A stretch of 64,000 nt of DNA from Alphaproteobacteria bacterium (GTDB lineage: Bacteria > Pseudomonadota > Alphaproteobacteria > Micavibrionales > Micavibrionaceae): contig JAGYOK010000007.1 in NCBI GenBank assembly GCA_018399685.1, forward strand, positions 10,272 through 74,271. The letters are read 5' to 3'. The translations under genes and the position numbers were made by a program. The notes beneath the pieces were generated by a model that was given only the letters and a program-made list of their open reading frames with translations, had not been told where the DNA came from and made no database searches. Of the stretch, positions 41,584 through 51,169 are shown one piece after another; position 1 is the stretch's first letter, and every line of letters begins with the position of its first letter.

Positions 41584-42510
41584 ATGGCTTTAACACCTGC
41601 CGTAAAAAAAATTATAGACGGATACGAAAATGAGAATGCCGGAGTAAAGGGTAATCTGGTTCGTATTTTGAATCATGGAACACTCGGCGGCACAGGAAAA
41701 TTGGTAATTCTTCCTGTTGATCAGGGCTTTGAACATGGCCCGGCCAGATCTTTCGCTAAAAATCCTGCTGGGTATGACCCACATTATCATTATCAACTGG
41801 CTATTGATGCAGGGACAAACGCCTACGCAGCGACCTTAGGTTCTTTGCAAGCAGGCGCAGACACATTCGCAGGACAAGTCCCGACTATCCTGAAATATAA
41901 TAGCTCTAACTCATTGGCTTCCACAAAGAACCAGGACTACAATCAGGCCATAACAGCTTCTGTTCAGGATGCGTTGGAATTGGGATGTAGCGCTGTTGGA
42001 TTTACAATCTATCCGGGTTCCGACAATCAATTCCAAATGATGGAAGAAGTCCGTGATATGATCCGTGAAGCAAAGAACTATGGCTTGCCAAGTGTTGTCT
42101 GGGCATATGCCCGCGGCGAAGGCGTGACCAAAGAAGGTCAGATAGCCATGGACGTGATTGCTTATTCGGCTCACTTGGCCTGTATGCTTGGAGCACACAT
42201 CGTTAAAGTGAAGCTTCCGAGCGAACATATCATGCAGGACGAAGCCCGTAAGGTTTTCGAAGAAAATAACATTGATATTTCCACTCAAGCCGCGCGCGTT
42301 AAAGAAGTGGTTCGTTCCTGCTTTAATGGCCGCCGTATGGTGGTCTTCTCAGGTGGTGCAGCTAAAGGCGCGGATGCCGTATTCGAAGATGCAAAGGCCA
42401 TCAAAGCTGGTGGCGGTAATGGCTCTATCATTGGCCGTAACTCATTCCAGCGTAAAAAAGAAGATGGACTGGAGATGCTTGCAAAAATCATGGGCATCTA
42501 TAAATCATAG
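41584..42510 (+). CDS. fbaB: class I fructose-bisphosphate aldolase (FbaB/DhnA family)
   Basis: The start is taken as the ATG at 41584, preceded by AGGGGA. The segments GTGKLVILPVDQGFEHGP, VVWAYARG and HIVKVKLP (Schiff-base Lys region) parallel E. coli FbaB. Confidence 0.8.
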   Translation: MALTPAVKKIIDGYENENAGVKGNLVRILNHGTLGGTGKLVILPVDQGFEHGPARSFAKNPAGYDPHYHYQLAIDAGTNAYAATLGSLQAGADTFAGQVPTILKYNSSNSLASTKNQDYNQAITASVQDALELGCSAVGFTIYPGSDNQFQMMEEVRDMIREAKNYGLPSVVWAYARGEGVTKEGQIAMDVIAYSAHLACMLGAHIVKVKLPSEHIMQDEARKVFEENNIDISTQAARVKEVVRSCFNGRRMVVFSGGAAKGADAVFEDAKAIKAGGGNGSIIGRNSFQRKKEDGLEMLAKIMGIYKS

Positions 42511-42613
42511 GCACGGCTGGCGTGTTTTTAAGTTTATTTGCTGTGGCCGCTACGTATTTATTATGCGTAAAGTGGCCACGCTTTAGTGTTTAACTATTAG
42601 ATTAAAAAGTAAA

Positions 42614-43321
42614 ATGACTATGACTGAAGATAACAAACAAGAAGATACGGCCTTAAACGAAAAACAAAAAACAAAAGGCGGCGGTTGCGTTTCCTGCCTG
42701 AGTATTATTAATACTCTTATTCTGCTGCTTTTATTTATTGCTTTTCTTGTACTAACTAGTAAGAGCGGCTTTTTTGATAAGTATGCCAAATCAGAAATAG
42801 CTCTCGATGCAAATCCTTCTTACGAAGAAAATGAAGAATATAAAGAAGAAGCACAAATAGATTCCGAATGGGTGACACCCCATATATCTCAGCAGGCAAA
42901 AATCCATATATTATACGGAGATGAAACAGGAGGAGCACACTTCCATACTGTAACAACGCCGTGTAAGTCACTTTTTCCCAAGAGCTGGGGGCCAGACAAA
43001 ATTATTCAGGTTACTGAAAAAATTGCCGCAAACGACAATCTTGAATGGGCACAATTCAAAAGTGGTAAAATGTATGCTCAGGATTTAGAAGAAGGAATCC
43101 TTGTCCGTGTTGTAATGGATGCGGAGCGTGAATTCGTGATTACTTCATACCCACTAAACGCAGATCGCAATCCATGTCCGAATGATAATATAAATGACGA
43201 CATGAATGAATATAAAGAAGGTGGCGCAAAAGCTACGGACGATGACGAAGATTCAGCGCTGCACAATCTTTTAAAGGGCGTGGAAATAAAAACCAAAAAG
43301 CAGCACGAATACAACAATTAG
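42614..43321 (+). CDS. membrane-anchored protein with bacterial EndoU-like nuclease domain
   Basis: One TM helix (aa 27-48) follows a Lys-rich N-terminus. The core HILYGDETGGAHFH...CKSLFPKSWGPDKII...ILVRVVMD...VITSYP matches my recollection of the EndoU_bacteria domain pattern (His, His, Lys). Confidence 0.6.
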   Translation: MTMTEDNKQEDTALNEKQKTKGGGCVSCLSIINTLILLLLFIAFLVLTSKSGFFDKYAKSEIALDANPSYEENEEYKEEAQIDSEWVTPHISQQAKIHILYGDETGGAHFHTVTTPCKSLFPKSWGPDKIIQVTEKIAANDNLEWAQFKSGKMYAQDLEEGILVRVVMDAEREFVITSYPLNADRNPCPNDNINDDMNEYKEGGAKATDDDEDSALHNLLKGVEIKTKKQHEYNN

Positions 43322-43342
43322 AATATAACAACTGTATTTATT

Positions 43343-44395
43343 TTAATTAATAATCTGCGGTGGCGCCCATATAACATCTGTTATATCAGGCGCGTTTGTT
43401 GCCAGCATAATAAGACGCTCAACGCCCAGAGCGATTCCCGCGCTATCCGGCATATTACCAACAGCCTTGAAAAATTCTTCATCAGCAGGATATTCTTCGC
43501 CATATAATTCTTTTTTAAGAGCCATTTCGCTCCTAAACCTTTCACGTTGCTCGTTTGCATCGGTAAGCTCTGAAAAAGCATTAGCCAGCTCTATTCCACA
43601 TACGTAAAGCTCAAAGCGTTCTGCAAACTCTTCGTTATCTGGTTTCTTGCGCGACAAAGCAGCCATAGACGCTGGATAATCGTACAAAATAGTGGCTCGC
43701 CCCTGCCCTAGATAAGGCTCTATCTTATCGGCCATGACGGCATGAAAAATATCATCCCACTTATCGCTATCAATAACGCGCACACCAATACTTTCAGCCG
43801 CTTTTGCGAATCCGTCGAGATCGTTTAGAAATGCTGATATATCCAGATGCGCGTATTTATCGAATGCCTCGGCTATGCTCAGACGCTGCGCGGGCTGGAA
43901 AGGGTCGCAGATATTGCTCTTATAGCGATAGTGCGTAATCTCCAGCGCCTTTGCAATTTCACCAAGCATGCTTTCACAATCATTCATAATGGCATGATAA
44001 TCCGCATGAGCACGATACCATTCCAATATCATAAACTCGGGTAAATGTCTGGCCGATCCTTCAGCATTTCTATAAACCGGACACATTTGATATATCCGCT
44101 CCATACCGGCAGCCAACAGCTTTTTCATGTCAAATTCAGGGCTGGTGTGTAGGTACATCTCCTGCACACCTATCCGCCCCACACCATAGCGCGTTGTTTT
44201 GAACGCATGAATATAAGCATCCATCACCGGACAAACTTGCAGAGCCGGAGTGTGCACTTCGGTAAAATCACGTGTATCAAAAAAATGCCTTAAAGCTTTT
44301 ATGACTTGTGTGCGCTTTTCCAGAAACACACGTTTTTTGCTAAAATTATCGGGCGTCCACCAACTCATCGGATTATCTATGTATAAACTTTTCAA
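43343..44395 (-). CDS. epmA: EF-P lysine-lysyltransferase (EpmA/PoxA/GenX, class II aaRS paralogue)
   Basis: 350-aa ORF lacking an anticodon-binding domain. The segments [21 protein letters not shown] and [18 protein letters not shown] parallel E. coli EpmA. Confidence 0.85.
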   Translation of the reverse strand: MKSLYIDNPMSWWTPDNFSKKRVFLEKRTQVIKALRHFFDTRDFTEVHTPALQVCPVMDAYIHAFKTTRYGVGRIGVQEMYLHTSPEFDMKKLLAAGMERIYQMCPVYRNAEGSARHLPEFMILEWYRAHADYHAIMNDCESMLGEIAKALEITHYRYKSNICDPFQPAQRLSIAEAFDKYAHLDISAFLNDLDGFAKAAESIGVRVIDSDKWDDIFHAVMADKIEPYLGQGRATILYDYPASMAALSRKKPDNEEFAERFELYVCGIELANAFSELTDANEQRERFRSEMALKKELYGEEYPADEEFFKAVGNMPDSAGIALGVERLIMLATNAPDITDVIWAPPQIIN

Positions 44396-44480
44396 AAAAT
44401 ACTTGCATTTAGCGCTAAGTAACGCTAAAAATGCGCTTCATTCAAGAGTGAATCTGTTTAAAAATAGAAAAGATAAGAAT

Positions 44481-44729
44481 ATGAAAGCCGATATACATCC
44501 TGATTATCATGAAGTTACCGTAGTGATGACAGACGGAACAGAATATAAAACACGCTCCACCAAGGGCAAAGAAGGCGAAGTTATTCGTCTTGACGTTGAT
44601 CCGTTGAGCCACCCCGCATGGCAAGGCGGTACTGGCCGCGTTGTTGAAAAAGGTCAGCTAGATAAATTCCAGAGCCGTTACGGCAGCTTTGGTCTTGGCA
44701 ATGCAGCCGAGAAAAAAGAAGACAAGTAA
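44481..44729 (+). CDS. rpmE: 50S ribosomal protein L31
   Basis: The N-terminus [12 protein letters not shown] is diagnostic. The true start is at 44481, inside track ORF 44250-44729, whose 5' part overlaps epmA. Confidence 0.9.
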   Translation: MKADIHPDYHEVTVVMTDGTEYKTRSTKGKEGEVIRLDVDPLSHPAWQGGTGRVVEKGQLDKFQSRYGSFGLGNAAEKKEDK

Positions 44730-44757
44730 GCTCTATAGCACTTTATCTTTAGATACC

Positions 44758-44797
44758 AAAAAACGCCCTTCTTTCCAATGGATGAGGGCGTTTTGTT
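44758..44797. terminator. bidirectional intrinsic terminator between convergent rpmE and valS
   Basis: The stem AAAACGCCCT / AGGGCGTTTT is flanked by an A-run on one side and a T-run on the other, so either strand sees a hairpin plus U-tract. Confidence 0.6.
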
Positions 44798-44829
44798 GTA
44801 GTTATTATTATATGTTGTTAACTTCGCGT

Positions 44830-47481
44830 TTAAGCCGCACTTTCAAGCTGCTTCAAAGCTCCGGCCAGTTTCTCGCGTTTTCCAAGAGCTTCTTCCTTAC
44901 GGGACTTTTGCTCTGCAATAACCTCTTCGGGGGCATTTTGGACAAACTGCTCATTTCCCAGTTTGGCATCAATCTTCTTGATATCTAAGTCAAGTTTGCC
45001 GATAACTTTGGCAAGGCGGGAGCGCTCCGCACCCAGATCAATAATATCTGCAATCGGCAGTATGATAGTAGCCTCCCCAATAATTGTCTGCACAGCACCG
45101 GATGGAATAACATCCGTTAGATTGATGCTTTCCAAACGAGCCATTTTACAAATCACCTCGCTATATAGAGCAATACGCTTCTTTGTAGTATCATTAGCAT
45201 CTTTCACCAAAACAGAGATTTCAGCTCCGGCAGGAACATTCATATCTGCACGAACAGAGCGTATTTCTCCGATAATATCTTGCAGCCAGCCCAGCTCTTC
45301 TTTTGCAGCATCATCGGCATAGCTTTCAGGATATGACGGCCACTGTGTTGTAATCAGGCGATCATCTGCATTTTGCTTGAAGAACGAAGCATATAGCTCC
45401 TCGGTAATATATGGCATAAACGGATTAAGGAGCGTAAGGATTTGCTTTAAAGCCCATCCTGTGGTTTTTCTCACCTCTTCGGCCTGCTGCCCACCGGCGA
45501 GTAACACCGGCTTTGATATTTCCAGATACCAGTCACAGAACGTACCCCATACAAAGCCATATATCGCATTGGCGGATTCGTTAAAGCGATACGTATCCAA
45601 AGTATGGTTTATCTCTTCTGCAACGCTCCTCACCTCATGAACAAGCCATTTGTTAGGTGCATAAAAAACGCCCGAAGGATCAAAATCTTGGGAAGGAACC
45701 AAACAATCATTCATCTCGCAATAACGGGTAGCATTCCACAGCTTGGTTGCAAAATTGCGATAGCCCTGTAGCCTGTCATCAGAAAGACGAAGATCCCGCC
45801 CCTGCGCTGCCATGGCACATAACGTAAAGCGGACAGCATCTGTTCCATACTTTTCAATAAGGTCGATCGGATCCATAACATTGCCCTTGGATTTGGACAT
45901 CTTTTGCCCTTTGGCATCCCTGACCAAAGCGTGGATATAAACGTCTTTAAACGGAACCTCTCCCATTAAATAAAGAGAGAACATCATCATACGCGATACC
46001 CAGAATGTTATAATATCAAAACCGGTAACGAGAACATCTCCGGGGAAATAACGCCCCAGCTCTTTAGTTTCATCTGGCCAGCCTATTGTCGAAAATGGCC
46101 ACAATGCCGAAGAGAACCATGTGTCAAGCACATCCTCATCGCGGGTAATTTCAACACCTGCTCCGGCTTGAGCCTGTGCATCTTCCTCGCTCTCGGCAAC
46201 ATAGATATTTCCCTGCTCGTCATACCACGCCGGTATCTGATGCCCCCACCATAGCTGGCGGGAAATGCACCATGGGATCTGGTTATCTATCCATGCAAAA
46301 TACATGTTCTCATATTGCTGGGGAATAAAGCGTGTCCGGCCATCACGTACGGCAGCAGAAGCTTCTTTGGCAAGCTCTGGAGTATTCACAAACCACTGTT
46401 TAGTCATAAAAGGCTCTATGACTACGCCAGAGCGCTCACCCACAGGAATAGTGTTCTTAATCGTTTCAATTTCAACAAGTAAATCCTGTTCTTCAAGCTC
46501 CCTCAAAATAGCTTCTCGGGCATCATAGCGATCCAGTCCGTGCAAGTTTTCAGGAATATCCTCGTTATCATTAACAATCCGTGCATATGAATCCATTACA
46601 CTAATCATTTGCAAATTATGGCGTTGCCCGACTTCAAAATCATTAAAGTCATGAGCCGGAGTAATTTTAACAGCACCGCTGCCCTTTTCAGGATCAGAGT
46701 ACTCATCGGCAATAATTGGAATAAGACGATTGGTAATCGGCAATACAACAAATTTTCCGACAAGCTCTTTATAGCGCTCATCATCGGGATGCACAGCCAC
46801 AGCAGTATCCCCAAGCATAGTCTCAGGGCGCGTTGTAGCAACCGTAATAAATTGCTCGGTTTCCCCTTCGATCGGATAACGAATATGCCACATCTTGCCC
46901 TTTTGCTCTTTTTGAAGAACTTCCAGATCAGAAATAACAGTTTGGCGTTCAGTATCCCAGTTAACAAGGCGCTCGGCACGATAAATCATGCCGCCTTTAT
47001 ATAGCTCGACAAATGACTTGAGAACTGCGCGGGACAAGCCTTCGTCCATGGTAAAAGCTTCACGCTCCCAGTCTGGAGTGGTTCCCAAACGGCGAAGTTG
47101 CGATGTTATCACACCGCCAGAATATTCTTTCCATTCCCATGCCTTTTCCATGAACTTTTCACGCCCCAGATCAAAACGGGTAATCCCCTTTTCCTGAAAC
47201 TGCTTTTCCAGAACCATATGCACGGCAATACTGGCGTGATCGGTTCCCGGTTGCCAAAGGGCGTCACGGCCTTTCATGCGGTGATAACGGATCAAAATAT
47301 CCTGTAATGTGTGGTTAAGCGCATGACCAATGTGCAAAGAGCCTGTGACATTTGGCGGAGGCATCATAATTGTATATGGCTTTTTATCGGATGAAGGATC
47401 GCAGGCAAAGACCCCTGCATTCTCCCAATCTTTGTAATGCTTTTGTTCTATTGCTTTTGGGTCAAATGTTTTATCGAGCAT
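44830..47481 (-). CDS. valS: valine--tRNA ligase
   Basis: 883-aa ORF with the HIGH region (PPPNVTGSLHIGHAL), KMSKS (KMSKSKGN) and a C-terminal coiled coil. Confidence 0.97.
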   Translation of the reverse strand: MLDKTFDPKAIEQKHYKDWENAGVFACDPSSDKKPYTIMMPPPNVTGSLHIGHALNHTLQDILIRYHRMKGRDALWQPGTDHASIAVHMVLEKQFQEKGITRFDLGREKFMEKAWEWKEYSGGVITSQLRRLGTTPDWEREAFTMDEGLSRAVLKSFVELYKGGMIYRAERLVNWDTERQTVISDLEVLQKEQKGKMWHIRYPIEGETEQFITVATTRPETMLGDTAVAVHPDDERYKELVGKFVVLPITNRLIPIIADEYSDPEKGSGAVKITPAHDFNDFEVGQRHNLQMISVMDSYARIVNDNEDIPENLHGLDRYDAREAILRELEEQDLLVEIETIKNTIPVGERSGVVIEPFMTKQWFVNTPELAKEASAAVRDGRTRFIPQQYENMYFAWIDNQIPWCISRQLWWGHQIPAWYDEQGNIYVAESEEDAQAQAGAGVEITRDEDVLDTWFSSALWPFSTIGWPDETKELGRYFPGDVLVTGFDIITFWVSRMMMFSLYLMGEVPFKDVYIHALVRDAKGQKMSKSKGNVMDPIDLIEKYGTDAVRFTLCAMAAQGRDLRLSDDRLQGYRNFATKLWNATRYCEMNDCLVPSQDFDPSGVFYAPNKWLVHEVRSVAEEINHTLDTYRFNESANAIYGFVWGTFCDWYLEISKPVLLAGGQQAEEVRKTTGWALKQILTLLNPFMPYITEELYASFFKQNADDRLITTQWPSYPESYADDAAKEELGWLQDIIGEIRSVRADMNVPAGAEISVLVKDANDTTKKRIALYSEVICKMARLESINLTDVIPSGAVQTIIGEATIILPIADIIDLGAERSRLAKVIGKLDLDIKKIDAKLGNEQFVQNAPEEVIAEQKSRKEEALGKREKLAGALKQLESAA

Positions 47482-47611
47482 TTATTTTGCCATCCATATT
47501 TGAGTTTTTATGAAACCTGTTTACACATACTGGTGCGAAGGAAAAATCATAAGGGATTTTCCTTTAAACGCAAGGGTTCTCAAATAAAAAAGATCACAAG
47601 TGGAAGAAAAA

Positions 47612-48316
47612 TTATTCGTCGAGCACACGCTTAGACACGCGCTCTAGCTCTTCTTTTACCAAACGCTCGATAACTATTGGAAGGTGTTTGTCCAGCCAGC
47701 TCCGCAATAAAGGTTTAAGCTCTGCCCTGACAATATCCTCAAGCGTTAGGCTGCTGCTACCTACAGCAGTTTTACGAACAAGGTTTGATATAGCAGAAAG
47801 CGCCGCTGTTTCCGCTGCACCTGTCAGCAAGGAATCCCCATCATCATCTTCGGACTCAGGAACATAAACAGGCTCTGGTTCAGGTAAAGGTTCTGGTTCC
47901 GATATTTGTTCTGGCTCAGGCAAAGGCTCGGCTTCGGGAGTAAGTTCGGAATCCTCATCAGTTTCTATCATATCAATATCTATATTATTTTCATCAGAAT
48001 TAACCAGCTCTGTAAGCTCCAGCACATCTCCTTCTTCAGCAGGCTGAGGTTCTTCAACTTCGGCCTCAGGCATCGGAGAGTCAAAATCCATATCATCAAT
48101 AGCCGATTGATCCATAGGCTCAGACTCTGATTCCGGTTCGGCCTCAGGTTCCTGAGAAGCCTCAGAATCAGGCTGCTCTTCTTCTGTTAAACCATCATCT
48201 ACAGATTCTACAGCATCTTCTGCTTCTGCATCTTCATCCTCGGAAATTATCTGACGAATTGAATCGAGAATCTCTTCGATAGATGGTTCTTCTTCTGTTT
48301 TTACTTCTTCTGACAT
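47612..48316 (-). CDS. popZ: PopZ-like polar organising protein (DUF2497)
   Basis: N-terminal helix EPSIEEILDSIRQIISEDED, a long acidic Pro/Glu linker, and a conserved C-terminus LEDIVRAELKPLLRSWLDKHLPIVIERLVKEELERV. Confidence 0.7.
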   Translation of the reverse strand: MSEEVKTEEEPSIEEILDSIRQIISEDEDAEAEDAVESVDDGLTEEEQPDSEASQEPEAEPESESEPMDQSAIDDMDFDSPMPEAEVEEPQPAEEGDVLELTELVNSDENNIDIDMIETDEDSELTPEAEPLPEPEQISEPEPLPEPEPVYVPESEDDDGDSLLTGAAETAALSAISNLVRKTAVGSSSLTLEDIVRAELKPLLRSWLDKHLPIVIERLVKEELERVSKRVLDE

Positions 48317-48477
48317 GTGCGGAGTGTTTTACTTGAGTAAGTTTAGGAATCACTTCGTAACAGTGTGATCTATTGCTCGCCACTTGTCAAAGCATTGATG
48401 CAAAAGAAATTCACGCCTATCCACATATTATCACAAGTTTATTCACCGTGCTATACGTAGTTTATACATAATGATTA

Positions 48478-49143
48478 TTAGAATATAAAAGCTTCAGGCT
48501 CAATAAAATCGCCAATATACGGCACCGCAGCATCAAACAATACTTTGCTGGATACTGCACCATTATGGCTTTTGTAATAAAGAGCTGCATGGCTTTCAGA
48601 GTTATTTTCTTCTTTTATAAAACAGGCTAAACGCCCTTTCGGAGCAAGCTGATCCAAAATAGCATCGGGCACTTTCGGAACACTGCCATTGATTATGATC
48701 AAGCTGTAAGGAGCACCTTCCTTATAGCCGTTCCTCAAATCATCCTTTTCAATCATCGCAATATTGCACAGCTCCAGCTTTTCCCAAATCCGGCTTGCTT
48801 TATCCATTTGACGTCTGTTGTGCTCTATTGCAATAACGGTTGTAACCAAGGGCGAAAGCACAGCCGAGGAATAGCCGCTGGCACTGCCAACATCTAAAAC
48901 TATATCATCCATTCTCGGCGCTGCATGCTGTATAAGGAGAGCATGAGCAAGCGGTTTAACAATGTATCGCCCCTGCCCCAGTGGAATATTTTCATCCAGA
49001 TAGGCTATTTCCTGCATCTTCTCAAGAACAAACATTTCTCTGGGTAATGCTGCAAAACTATCAATAATTCTTGGGTCAACAACGCCACCGGGCAAAAGCT
49101 GTCCCTTAATCATATTTTGTCTGAATTTTGTGAAATCTGTCAT
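48478..49143 (-). CDS. pcm: protein-L-isoaspartate O-methyltransferase family protein
   Basis: 221-aa ORF with a SAM-binding motif (VLDVGSASGYSSAVL) and an overall PCMT layout. Confidence 0.75.
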   Translation of the reverse strand: MTDFTKFRQNMIKGQLLPGGVVDPRIIDSFAALPREMFVLEKMQEIAYLDENIPLGQGRYIVKPLAHALLIQHAAPRMDDIVLDVGSASGYSSAVLSPLVTTVIAIEHNRRQMDKASRIWEKLELCNIAMIEKDDLRNGYKEGAPYSLIIINGSVPKVPDAILDQLAPKGRLACFIKEENNSESHAALYYKSHNGAVSSKVLFDAAVPYIGDFIEPEAFIF

Positions 49144-49301
49144 AGAAAGCCTGTCCAGCTTTTACCGTTTAAGAAGCACACATTAGTTTATGCAAAAACC
49201 AACGCCTCTTGGTGAAGGTAGAAGAAAGTGAACGTATAAGCAATATCACAGTTGACTTTATGGCACAAAATCCACTAGTGTACCTCGAACTTTGGCTTTA
49301 A

Positions 49302-49375
49302 GGCGCGGTGGCAGAGTGGCTATGCAGCGGATTGCAAATCCGTGTAGACCGGTTCGACTCCGGTCCGTGCCTCCA
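49302..49375 (+). tRNA. tRNA-Cys (GCA)
   Basis: 74-nt cloverleaf. Acceptor stem GGCGCGG/CCGTGCC, anticodon loop TTGCAAA, T-arm ACCGG-TTCGACT-CCGGT, discriminator U and an encoded CCA. Confidence 0.93.
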
Positions 49376-49401
49376 TTATATCCTAAAGAAAAGCCTCTTC
49401 T

Positions 49402-49848
49402 TTAGACTTCCCATGGAAAATCAACCCAGCTCTCCTGAGCAAACGACCGGACATAACAGTCTGTATAGGGAATTCCCAAAGGCTTTGCATACAATGTAGC
49501 CAAAATACAATTCCGCGTGCGTTCCCGTAAAAAAGCGTAGGTTTTGCCGCTATCAACCAGGTCATCAATAACCAGCGAGTTTTCCAGATATTCCGGGTTA
49601 GCATTCTTTATAATGGAGATAGTCTCATCCTGATCCTGCCCGTTATAGCTTTCAAGCCCTATTGTCTCGATATCCTTAATTCCAAGTGCTCTGGTAACAA
49701 GAGCAGCGGGAATTAACCCTCCCCTGCTAACCGCCAGTATTCTTGCAGGGAGTACATCAAATTCCTTCTTCAATTTTTCAGCGAGCGCCGCGCTATCGCG
49801 TTTTATTTCTTGCCAGCTTACCGGAACTTTTTCTCTTGCTTCACTCAT
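49402..49848 (-). CDS. gpt: xanthine-guanine phosphoribosyltransferase
   Basis: 148-aa ORF. The segments AVSRGGLIPAAL and the PRPP motif LVIDDLVDSGKT parallel E. coli Gpt. Confidence 0.88.
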   Translation of the reverse strand: MSEAREKVPVSWQEIKRDSAALAEKLKKEFDVLPARILAVSRGGLIPAALVTRALGIKDIETIGLESYNGQDQDETISIIKNANPEYLENSLVIDDLVDSGKTYAFLRERTRNCILATLYAKPLGIPYTDCYVRSFAQESWVDFPWEV

Positions 49849-49999
49849 TTCTAAACGTTTTTCTCCGCATCAAGATAATTTAAAATTGACAAAATACTTC
49901 TATTAACGTGAAGTAGCCTATCCTTTTAGTGCTCTAATAAAGCACAGTGCACAAACCGTTACTTATTTAAACAAATAATCAAAGAAAGCAAGTGCCAGT

Positions 50000-50941
50000 A
50001 TGCCAATAAAAATTGCAAACGATTTACCGGCTTTTGAAGTCCTTGAAAAAGAGAATGTCCCGCTTATCCGTGAGAATGACGCTCTCAGACAGGATATTCG
50101 TCCACTACAGATTTTGCTGCTTAATCTGATGCCGGACAAGATCACTACAGAAACACAGCTTGCCAGAGTACTGGGGGCAACGCCGCTGCAAGTAGAGCTG
50201 ACATTGTTGCGTACAAACTCTCATATGGGCAAGAACACATCTCAAGAGCACCAGATCGGCTTTTATAAAACATGGGAGAATATTAAAGAAAACAACTATG
50301 ACGGACTTATTGTCACCGGTACTCCGGTAGAAACTATTGACTTTGAGGATGTTGATTATTGGCCGGAATTAGCAAATATTTTCGACTGGGCGCAAACGCA
50401 CACCTATGGCCAGCTATATATTTGCTGGGGGGCTCAGGCCGCGATGCATCACTTTTATGGCATTGAAAAACAAGAACATAATGACAAACTCTTTGGAGTA
50501 TACCCTCAGCGTAGATTGCATATGTTACACCCGCTTGTACGTGGTTTTGATGATGTCTTTAACGTTCCTGTTTCACGCTATACAGCTTCGAACTATGAGC
50601 AAATAAAGGATACTCCGGGTTTGGTTCCTCTTGCCGATTGTGAAGAAACGGGAATTTGTATGGCTGCCGATGATGTGCATCATCGTTTGTTCATGTTCAA
50701 CCACCTCGAATATGATCGTGAAACTCTGGACTTTGAATACCGTAGAGACGTTTCCAAAGGGCTGGGTGCTAACAAGCCTGTGAACTATTATATTGAACGC
50801 TCTGGAAAAGATATTCCTCTTATGAACTGGCGTGCTCACAGAAATTTATTATACGCGAACTGGATTGATATGATCTATCAGGGAACGCCCTATGACTTGT
50901 CAACGCTTGGCAGGCAAAAAAGGGAAGAAAACGGCAAATAA
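50000..50941 (+). CDS. metA: homoserine O-acyltransferase MetA
   Basis: Begins MPIKIANDLPA and continues with NLMP.K..TE.Q. The catalytic-Cys region (YICWGAQAA) is present, with full-length MetA conservation. Confidence 0.92.
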   Translation: MPIKIANDLPAFEVLEKENVPLIRENDALRQDIRPLQILLLNLMPDKITTETQLARVLGATPLQVELTLLRTNSHMGKNTSQEHQIGFYKTWENIKENNYDGLIVTGTPVETIDFEDVDYWPELANIFDWAQTHTYGQLYICWGAQAAMHHFYGIEKQEHNDKLFGVYPQRRLHMLHPLVRGFDDVFNVPVSRYTASNYEQIKDTPGLVPLADCEETGICMAADDVHHRLFMFNHLEYDRETLDFEYRRDVSKGLGANKPVNYYIERSGKDIPLMNWRAHRNLLYANWIDMIYQGTPYDLSTLGRQKREENGK

Positions 50942-50945
50942 AAAA

Positions 50946-50973
50946 TTGACAAGCCGATAGCTTTCTGTATTTT
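50946..50973 (+). promoter_or_regulatory. candidate promoter for tRNA-Asn
   Basis: TTGACA (50946-50951), a 16-nt spacer, then TATTTT (50968-50973), about 18 nt upstream of the tRNA 5' end. Confidence 0.3.
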
Positions 50974-50991
50974 ATCGAATGTCTTTGATGT

Positions 50992-51066
<75 letters not shown>

Positions 51067-51115
51067 TTTTTGATATGGGTATATATAAAAAATAAGGAAT
51101 TTATTCATAATTATC

Positions 51116-51144
51116 TTGACTTTCTAGAGAAACAAGAATATACA
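51116..51144 (+). promoter_or_regulatory. candidate sigma70-like promoter upstream of the LamG gene leader
   Basis: TTGACT (51116-51121), a 17-nt spacer, then TATACA (51139-51144). Confidence 0.35.
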
Positions 51145-51169
51145 TTAAGAACAAATAGGGATTATTGTG

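Noticed and set aside
44250-44480. 5' extension of the rpmE track ORF
   Set aside because: The extension overlaps the epmA start region on the opposite strand and has no L31 similarity. The canonical L31 N-terminus MKADIHPDY begins at 44481.
47540-47570. Hairpin GGAAAAATC / GATTTTCC between popZ and valS
   Set aside because: No U-tract follows on either strand, so a terminator call is not justified.
47837-48244. Periodic PE/EP-rich DNA that could be mistaken for a tandem repeat or array
   Set aside because: It is in-frame coding low-complexity sequence of the PopZ-like linker. The units are imperfect and unequal in length, so it is neither a CRISPR array nor a satellite.
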